DNA of 6,823 bases from Octopus sinensis. Lineage: Eukaryota. The DNA lies in the NCBI RefSeq assembly GCF_006345805.1, contig NW_021829181.1, positions 1 through 6,823 of the forward strand, read 5' to 3'. The notes beneath the pieces are model-generated. The model was given only the letters and a program-made list of their open reading frames with translations. It was not told where the DNA came from and made no database searches. This document shows, one piece after another, positions 1-6,823 of this stretch (its first letter is position 1; each line of letters starts with the position of its first letter). Made by a program: the position numbers and the translations under genes.

Positions 1-155
1 ATATATATAACATATATACCTATACACCACATATATATATATATATATATATATATACTTATATATACATACATACACACACATATACATACACACACAC
101 ACATATACACACACATACACACACACACATATATATATATATACACATATATACA
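1..155. repeat. Compound (AT)n/(AC)n dinucleotide microsatellite
   Basis: Alternating ATAT and ACAC runs from the window start to about 155. Confidence 0.97.
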
Positions 156-219
156 TCTGTTGGCGGTCTTATATTACAGTCCATCCGTCAGAGCGACTGT
201 TTGTCTTTCTTGTTGGTCA

Positions 220-465
<246 letters not shown>

Positions 466-654
466 ATCTGGTATCGTATTCTAGTATTTCTGTTGTGTTT
501 ACCGTTAAATCATATTTGTTTTTCAAAGGAGGGGCTGTTTTACTTGTTTTTGTAAATGTTAGAAATTTTTCTTGTTTAAAACGAGTTTCTCAATTAAAGA
601 TTTTCATCGTTAATTACACTAAATTAAATATATTCATTTGTTTTTTTTATATAG

Positions 655-720
<66 letters not shown>
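655..720. repeat. Perfect (ATT)22 microsatellite
   Basis: 66 nt of uninterrupted ATT. Confidence 0.97.
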
Positions 721-722
<2 letters not shown>

Positions 723-976
723 TTCATTTCGTTCACTCAGCGAATATATCATTGTTGTCCGCTGCCTGTCGTGGCTTCTTTAGATATCAAGCAGCGATTC
801 GAAATAACAGACTTAGGTACCTACCACATTTTGTGTTATGCCACACAAAGCGGGATCTCTCAAGAATTATTCCCAATTCATCCCAATATCCAACGTCTTG
901 AACTAACCATTAAAACTACTTGAATCGCTTTCTGCTTTCCCTGCGATAATAATAACTTCAAGTTAATTCAGATTAT

Positions 977-1012
<36 letters not shown>
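977..1012. repeat. (AC)n(AT)n microsatellite
   Basis: AC run followed directly by an AT run. Confidence 0.95.
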
Positions 1013-1600
1013 GTACTAAAAGTATATAGATACTGAACAGATTGTGTTCAAATGATGCTACGTATCTCTTCAATCCATACTGTTTATTTGTGCCTAAATG
1101 TACTGCAGAAGTTGAAATTACGTTATATGAATTCGATAGAATAGTCTCTAAGAAAATGCTTATTCAATACAAGGTCAGAGGTGTGCTTAACTTCAACAGT
1201 GGAAACAAGAGCAACGCCGGGTCCAAATATATATTCATACGTATAGAAATATAGAAAAATAACAAAAATCTGTGGTGCAAAATATAAAGGTATTATCATA
1301 AATTAAAGAATAACATTTAAGGTTTTATGTCGACAAGATCGCAGTACGAGTTTCCGACAAAGCATTATCCTTCACTAAATAAGTTTTACAAACTTTTAAA
1401 CTTTCAATCGTACGATGTTGTCAAGGAATTATTTTTTAATCCTTATAAAAGGTTTAGCACATGAAAGATCTTTTAAGTCAACGGAATTTTCCTTTTGTAG
1501 CATTCCCAACAAGATTTTGCATACTTTTATTTTTTCGTTATCATAAAAACCTATCCGTAAATTTAGCGAACTGGTTTTGTAAGTAAATACTTTCCTTACT

Positions 1601-1680
1601 GGAAGCCTGACGCATGCATTAAATAACAACTAGCAACCGGAAGCGTTAGAAAAAATCTTCCTCCATATTTTTTCACGTGA
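1601..1680. promoter_or_regulatory. Possible cis-regulatory motif cluster (CRE half-site, ETS site, palindromic E-box)
   Basis: TGACG at 1608-1612 within TGACGCATGCA, ACCGGAAG at 1636-1643 and TCACGTGA at 1673-1680, in otherwise AT-rich unique sequence. Motif match only. Confidence 0.25.
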
Positions 1681-1856
1681 ATTTTGCTTATATTCATTTT
1701 ATATTTCTTATATGTTCAGGCAATACCTACAGCTTTGTATGATCTGACATAGGATAGATATTTCCACTTTTGTATGAATTTTTAATGGTACCTCGCTTCT
1801 ATACCTATCTCCACTTAATGTTTACTTACAAGATATACATTTTTTGAATTTGGCGC

Positions 1857-2015
1857 TATATATAGACGTATATTACTATATATATATATATATATTATAT
1901 ATTATATATTATATAGATATATATATATATATATATGTATGTATATATATTATATATATATATTATATATATATTATATATATATATATGTATAGTATAT
2001 GTATATATACATATG

Positions 2016-2048
<33 letters not shown>

Positions 2049-2081
2049 ATATATATGTATATATATATATATAGATATATA
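1857..2081. repeat. Imperfect (TA)n microsatellite
   Basis: About 225 nt of TA with occasional TTA, TGTA and TAGA interruptions; directly abuts the SINE at 2083. Confidence 0.97.
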
Positions 2082-2082
2082 A

Positions 2083-2481
2083 GGCGCAGGAGTGGCTGTG
2101 TGGTAAGTAACTTGCTTACCAGCCACATGTTCCGGGTTCAGTCCCACTGTGTGGCATCTGGGGCAAGTGTCTTCTGCTCTAGCCTCGGCCGACCAATGCC
2201 TTGTGAGTGGATTTGGTAGACGGAAACTGAAAGAAGCCTGTCGGATATATGTATATATATATGTATGTGATTGTATGTCTGTGTGTCTGTGTTTGTCCCC
2301 CTAGCATTGCTTGACAACCGATGCTGGTGTGTTTATGTCTCCGTCACTTAGCGGTTCAGCAAAATGAGACCGATAGAATAAGTACTGGGCTTACAAAAAG
2401 AATAAGTCCCGGGGTCGACTTGCTCGATTAAAGCCGGTGCTCCAGCATGGCCGCAGTCAAATGACTGAAACAAGTAGAAGA
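2083..2481 (+). mobile_element. tRNA-derived SINE, family A, copy 1 (full length, internal microsatellite)
   Basis: Pol III A-box-like TGGCTGTGTGG (2093-2103) and B-box-like GGTTCAGTCC (2135-2144); internal AT/GT tract at about 2245-2290; 3' half ends CAGTCAAATGACTGAAACAAGTAGAAGA; roughly 90% identical by eye to 5980-6419. Confidence 0.92.
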
Positions 2482-2536
2482 TATATATATATGTAAATGT
2501 ATATATATATATGTATGTATACACACACACACACAC
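2482..2536. repeat. (AT)n/(AC)n microsatellite between SINE copies
   Basis: Dinucleotide runs visible directly. Confidence 0.9.
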
Positions 2537-2554
2537 GCATAAGTATGTGTGATA

Positions 2555-2715
2555 GACGTGGGTGTGGCTGTGTGGTAAGAAGCTTGCTTCCCAACCATAC
2601 GGTACCGGCTTCATTACAACACCGTGGCACCTTGGGCAAAGGTCTTCTACTTGAGCGTGGGGCCAGTCAAAGCCTTGTAAGTAGATTTGGCAGACGGAAA
2701 CTGAAAGAAGCCCCT
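2555..2715 (+). mobile_element. tRNA-derived SINE, family A, diverged 5'-half copy
   Basis: GTGGCTGTGTGGTAAG head, GGCACCTTGGGCAA and GATTTGGCAGACGGAAACTGAAAGAAGCCC align to the 5' half of 2083 and 5980; B-box degraded (GGCTTCATTAC); followed by (AT)n with no 3' half. Confidence 0.88.
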
Positions 2716-2721
2716 GTATTC

Positions 2722-2752
<31 letters not shown>

Positions 2753-2775
2753 TATATATATATATATATATATAT
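2722..2775. repeat. (AT)n microsatellite
   Basis: Near-perfect AT run at the position of the family A internal microsatellite. Confidence 0.95.
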
Positions 2776-3011
2776 TAATAGTTATCGCCAATATCGTTAA
2801 TATGGCAGTCCAGAAATATAGGACAAATGCTGCCGTTGATTAACTCCAAGAGGTCATCGGCTCAAGCTAGCTATGTAACACACGAACCTGTGTCCATTAT
2901 ACCCTTCGAATAGAGGAGGTCAGTCCGTTACTCCTTGCTGGTCAGGCATCTGCAGACTAGTTTCAGGCTATTTGCCCCTTATCAATGCAGAGCAGTCGAA
3001 CCCAATAAATT

Positions 3012-3629
<618 letters not shown>

Positions 3630-3755
3630 GAGGGGCGATGAAATGCTCCTGGCTTTCAGGGTTTCGCGAAGGGGAAGATGTTGAATAAAATCATAATTAA
3701 CTAATTCTCCTGTATTTTGCTTCACTCAAAACCGGGACCTTTCCAGACCCCCTCG
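3630..3755 (+). mobile_element. Internally deleted Tc1/mariner-type DNA transposon remnant (MITE-like)
   Basis: 3629-3656 and 3728-3755 match as inverted repeats at 19/28 positions; TA on the left flank and CA on the right; 3668-3688 reads EGEDVE-stop, resembling the mariner transposase C-terminal G(D/E)YVE end. Confidence 0.7.
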
Positions 3756-3896
3756 CAAAATATCCCTCTGGTATACGTGTAGCTCTTCATTGTAATTTAC
3801 CTGGTTCTATCGAGTCCCAGACTCCGCCTGATACCACGAAACGTAGTAAGGATCTAAGGTACGATAGCAGCTTCTTTACTACGTCAATACGTGTAC

Positions 3897-3928
3897 GCAC
3901 ACACGGACACACTGACACACACACACAC
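3897..3928. repeat. Imperfect (CA)n microsatellite
   Basis: Interrupted CACA runs. Confidence 0.8.
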
Positions 3929-4083
3929 TGCTTCCTTTACGCGCATTCACACACCTTCACAAGCATTATTTAAACATCAAACGTTAACAGCGCAAAATCT
4001 CGCATAATCGTTACAGTCAGCATTCACTACAGGATCGCACTTAAGATTACAGCGCCTACCATTGGCTTGAATAAACGCTTGAG

Positions 4084-4153
4084 ACAAAGGCAAACACAAA
4101 TACACACAAACACTCACACACACACAGAGATCCACGCAACACAACACAAACAC
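4084..4153. repeat. Degenerate CA-rich low-complexity tract
   Basis: ACAA/ACAC-rich sequence, likely a decayed (CA)n repeat. Confidence 0.6.
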
Positions 4154-4413
4154 ATCTGTAAAATTTTACTGATCACTGGAGGCAATGAATTATAAAATTG
4201 ATTGAATCTCGCCAGATAATTAAAAAGTCTTTTGTTTGTGAAACCGAGCTGAGGTTTGAATATTTCGCAGTCGAAATCTAAGACTGAAGAGTTTGTTTTT
4301 ATTTAGTTAGAGCTACGAGGAGAAGCAACTAAAGACGTTTGTACTTTTCCTGAACCGACAACGTAACCCAGATATTCCAGGAGAATAATAACTATTTTAT
4401 TCTTAGCATTACG

Positions 4414-4414
<1 letters not shown>

Positions 4415-4481
<67 letters not shown>

Positions 4482-4766
4482 CATCATCATCATCATCATC
4501 ATCCTCATCATCATCATTACTAATATTATTCTTGTTGTTGTTGTTGCTATTATTATTGTTATTATTATCATTATTACGCCATTTTCATCATTATCCTTAA
4601 TATTTTTGGTGTTATTTTATGATTAATTTTATTATTATTATCATTATTATTATTACTTATTATTATTATTGGTGGTGGTGGTGATGTTGTTGTTGTTGCT
4701 GTTGTTGTTGTTAGCATTATCATTCTTATTATCAACATCTGCATCGTCGTCGTCGTCGTTGTCATT

Positions 4767-4800
<34 letters not shown>

Positions 4801-4867
4801 CAATATCATTGTCGTTGTGACTATTATTATAATTATCATAATTACTGTTATTATTATTATTATTATT
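4415..4867. repeat. Compound trinucleotide microsatellite (ATT)n/(ATC)n/(GTT)n/(GGT)n/(GTC)n
   Basis: About 450 nt of trinucleotide blocks with short degenerate linkers; source of the poly-N/M/T/S ORFs. Confidence 0.96.
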
Positions 4868-4869
4868 AA

Positions 4870-5055
4870 GGCGGTGAGCTGGCAGAATCGTTAGCACGCC
4901 GGATGAAATGCTAAGCGGTATTTCACCCGTCGCTACCTTCTGAGTTCACATTCCGCCGATGTCGACTTTGCCTTTCATCCTTTCGGGGTCGATAAAATAA
5001 GTACCAGTTACGCATCCCCTGCCCCAAAATTGTTGCCCTTGTAGAAAAATTTGTA

Positions 5056-5088
<33 letters not shown>
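4870..5088 (+). mobile_element. tRNA-derived SINE, family B, with (ATT)11 tail
   Basis: GGCGG start, A-box-like TGGCAGAATCG (4880-4890), B-box-like GTTCACATTCC (4944-4954), central GTCGACTTTGCCTTTCATCCTTTCGGGGTCGATAAAATAAGTACCAG, and (ATT)11 at 5056-5088. Matches an abundant octopus SINE from recall. Confidence 0.85.
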
Positions 5089-5092
<4 letters not shown>

Positions 5093-5650
5093 AGTGAGAT
5101 AGCAGTGCATGCCATCAAAGTGACATTGGGATAAAATATACGAAGCCCGGTATACCCATCATGACTACCCGTCTGATAAGGGTACACCAGGCACATGCAT
5201 CACAACCATATGTGCACGATATGGTGATCTCATATCAAGATAAACAGCACATGACCTTGCAGGTTGGGGCCCAGTTAGAATTTTCTTCTGGTCGACTAAC
5301 CCATCTCGCTCAAAAGGTCCCTGAATAAGGGTTGTTTAAGGATGTTGAACGAAACACCCATGTTTCCAGAGGTGAATTATTCAAACTCCAAAGAATCCCT
5401 CTCAACACATGGCTATGATGCTCCCCCATTACTTCTGCTCGTGATCAGAGATGCACATATCGTCAGCCACTAAGGGACATGCTCAACTGGTTAAGGCCAA
5501 ACAACTGACAAGCAAATCTGTGGTATTGAGCAGAATATTTGCTGTAGCCCATCTTTTATACCAAGACAAAACAGTATACATGATAACACTTCCAATCAGT
5601 TAAGATCAGAAGCCATGAGAGCCACTGCCTGGTACTGCATCAGGGCATTA
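5089..5650 (-). mobile_element. Non-coding interspersed repeat, probably the 3' portion of a 5'-truncated non-LTR retroelement or a non-autonomous derivative
   Basis: Complex ~560-nt block with higher GC than its flanks, no long ORF and no A/B boxes seen; on the minus strand it ends CTCACTCA then (AAT)n; recalled as a multicopy octopus repeat, family not identified. Confidence 0.6.
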
Positions 5651-5698
5651 AAGCAAATCTGTGGTATTGAGCAGAATATTTGCTGTAGCCCATCTTTT
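5651..5698 (+). repeat. Perfect 48-bp direct duplication of 5510-5557
   Basis: AAGCAAATCTGTGGTATTGAGCAGAATATTTGCTGTAGCCCATCTTTT occurs identically at 5510-5557 and 5651-5698 (offset 141). Confidence 0.97.
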
Positions 5699-5916
5699 GG
5701 GGAAACGATTGCTTCTACACAAGTTTCCATAATTCCTTATCATTTCTTCTAATTCTTTAACTACTTCCAGTGTTTTGACTAAAGACACACTTGGGTCAAT
5801 CCATCAAGGAAATTTTGGCAACCATATCGAATACAAGCGCGCACACGCACACAAGCTGTGAAAGTGACCGTGCTTTACCAGTAAGCTACCAGATATAAAC
5901 CATTCATTTTATCATT

Positions 5917-5978
5917 ATACACACACACACACACACACACCACACACACACACCACACACACACACAAATACATATAT
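5917..5978. repeat. (AC)n microsatellite grading into AT
   Basis: AC run directly upstream of the SINE at 5980. Confidence 0.95.
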
Positions 5979-5979
5979 A

Positions 5980-6143
5980 GGCGCAGGAGTGGCTGTGTGG
6001 TAAGCAGCTTGCTAACCAACCACATGGTTCCGGGTTCAGTCCCACTGCGTGGCACCTTGGGCAAGTGTCTTCTACTATACCTCAGGCTGACCAAAGCCTT
6101 GTGAGTGGATTTGGTAGACGGAAACTGAAAGAAGCCCGTCGTA

Positions 6144-6180
<37 letters not shown>

Positions 6181-6419
6181 TGTGTGTGTGTGTGTGTGTG
6201 TTGTATTTGTGTGTTTGTGTTTGTCCCCCCAACATCGCTTGACAACCGGTGCTGGTGTGTATACGTTCCCGTCACTTAGCGGTTCGGCAAAAAGAGACCG
6301 ATAGAATAAGTACTGGGCTTACAAAAGAATAAGTCCCGGGGTCGATTTGCTCGACTAAAGGCGGTGCTCCAGCATGGCCGCAGTCAAATGACTGAAACAA
6401 GTAAAAGAGTAAAAGAGTA
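5980..6419 (+). mobile_element. tRNA-derived SINE, family A, copy 2 (full length)
   Basis: A-box-like 5990-6000, B-box-like 6033-6042, internal (AT)n(GT)n at about 6142-6220, 3' hairpin CAGTC-AAAT-GACTG (6381-6394) and tandem tail GTAAAAGA-GTAAAAGA-GTA (6401-6419). Confidence 0.93.
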
Positions 6420-6426
6420 TATATAT

Positions 6427-6812
6427 ACAGATAAAGGTTGAAATATAATTAATTTAATAAAATCAATAAATTTCACCTAGTAGTATTTCGGTATGGAAAG
6501 GACCATATTCGGTAAAAATTTATATAATTATAATAATAAAGGGTTTTTTGCAACAAGTTGCTTAAACCACATACCGAAAATATTAGAAATAGCAGTCAAA
6601 GGACTACTATTTCCTTTTACTACAAAAATAAGTCTCCGCAAACAACAGCCTTTGTAACTCACATATGGTAAAAGAATGAGTTACAAAGGCTGTTGTTTGC
6701 GGAGACTTATTTTTGTAGTAATAGTAATAGTGGACCTTTGACTGCTATTTCTAATATTTTCAGTATGTGTTTAAGCAACTTGTTGCAAAAAAACCTTTAT
6801 TATAATTATATA
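6427..6812. mobile_element. Possible Penelope-like element terminal remnant (long arm plus truncated inverted arm) inserted in (TA)n
   Basis: Unequal inverted arms flanked by TA runs; the unpaired extension carries a hammerhead-like fold and ATTAAA on the minus strand. A MITE or foldback DNA element is an alternative. Confidence 0.45.
6521..6812. repeat. Long inverted repeat (foldback): ~140-bp arms and a 15-nt loop
   Basis: 6617-6661 pairs perfectly with 6677-6721 (45 bp) and 6576-6602 with 6735-6761 (27 bp); pairing continues with few mismatches to about 6521/6812. Confidence 0.96.
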
Positions 6813-6823
6813 TATATACAGAT

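Noticed and set aside
1042-1629. Short unique ORFs 1042-1254 (+) and 1429-1629 (-)
   Set aside because: Under 75 aa, non-ATG starts, AT-driven composition and no recognisable motif.
2083-2155. tRNA-like heads as functional tRNA genes (also 4870-4960 and 5980-6052)
   Set aside because: A/B boxes are present, but I could not build a proper cloverleaf, and each continues into a SINE body.
1844-2778. IY-repeat and SINE-overlapping ORFs
   Set aside because: Derived from (TA)n tracts and sense or antisense reads through SINE copies; the same peptides recur at 5915-6275.
3828-3884. CTGAT-ACCAC-GAAAC-GTAGTA as a hammerhead remnant, plus the ACGTAGTAA/TTACTACGT hairpin (3841-3884)
   Set aside because: G8, A9 and stem II are missing and stem I pairing is poor; a 9-bp stem is within chance.
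4263-4290. GAAA followed by CTGAAGA as a permuted hammerhead
   Set aside because: There is too little sequence between the motifs to form stems III and I.
4574-5196. ORFs 4574-4897, 4669-4869 and 5008-5196
   Set aside because: They are trinucleotide-tract translations or reads across repeat junctions.
5460-5466. CTGACGA hammerhead core on the minus strand of the 560-nt element
   Set aside because: No stem II closing onto a GAAA at a plausible distance; an HDV-like fold at the element's 5' end also failed (no P1 partner or P1.1 GG).
5510-5698. 48-bp direct repeats as a CRISPR array or LTR pair
   Set aside because: Only two copies in a eukaryotic context, with no cas genes, TG...CA termini or primer-binding site.

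Overview
Non-coding, repeat-saturated eukaryotic DNA. The SINE families and dense AT/AC, AAT/GAT/AAC and GATA microsatellites match, from my recollection rather than a database search, Octopus (coleoid cephalopod) intergenic or intronic DNA. No protein-coding gene is supported: the long ORFs in the track are microsatellite translations or antisense reads of SINEs. Supported elements: two full copies and one half copy of a tRNA-derived SINE (family A) with an internal microsatellite; one copy of a second tRNA-derived SINE (family B); a ~560-nt minus-strand retroelement 3' portion joined tail-to-tail with family B and carrying a perfect 48-bp duplication at its 5' junction; a ~126-bp internally deleted mariner keeping both TIRs and the last transposase codons; and a ~290-bp foldback hairpin beside a degenerate hammerhead-like fold, an arrangement suggestive of a Penelope-like element end. 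I see no clearly new biological system. The hairpin plus hammerhead-like unit (6427-6812) is the best candidate for follow-up.
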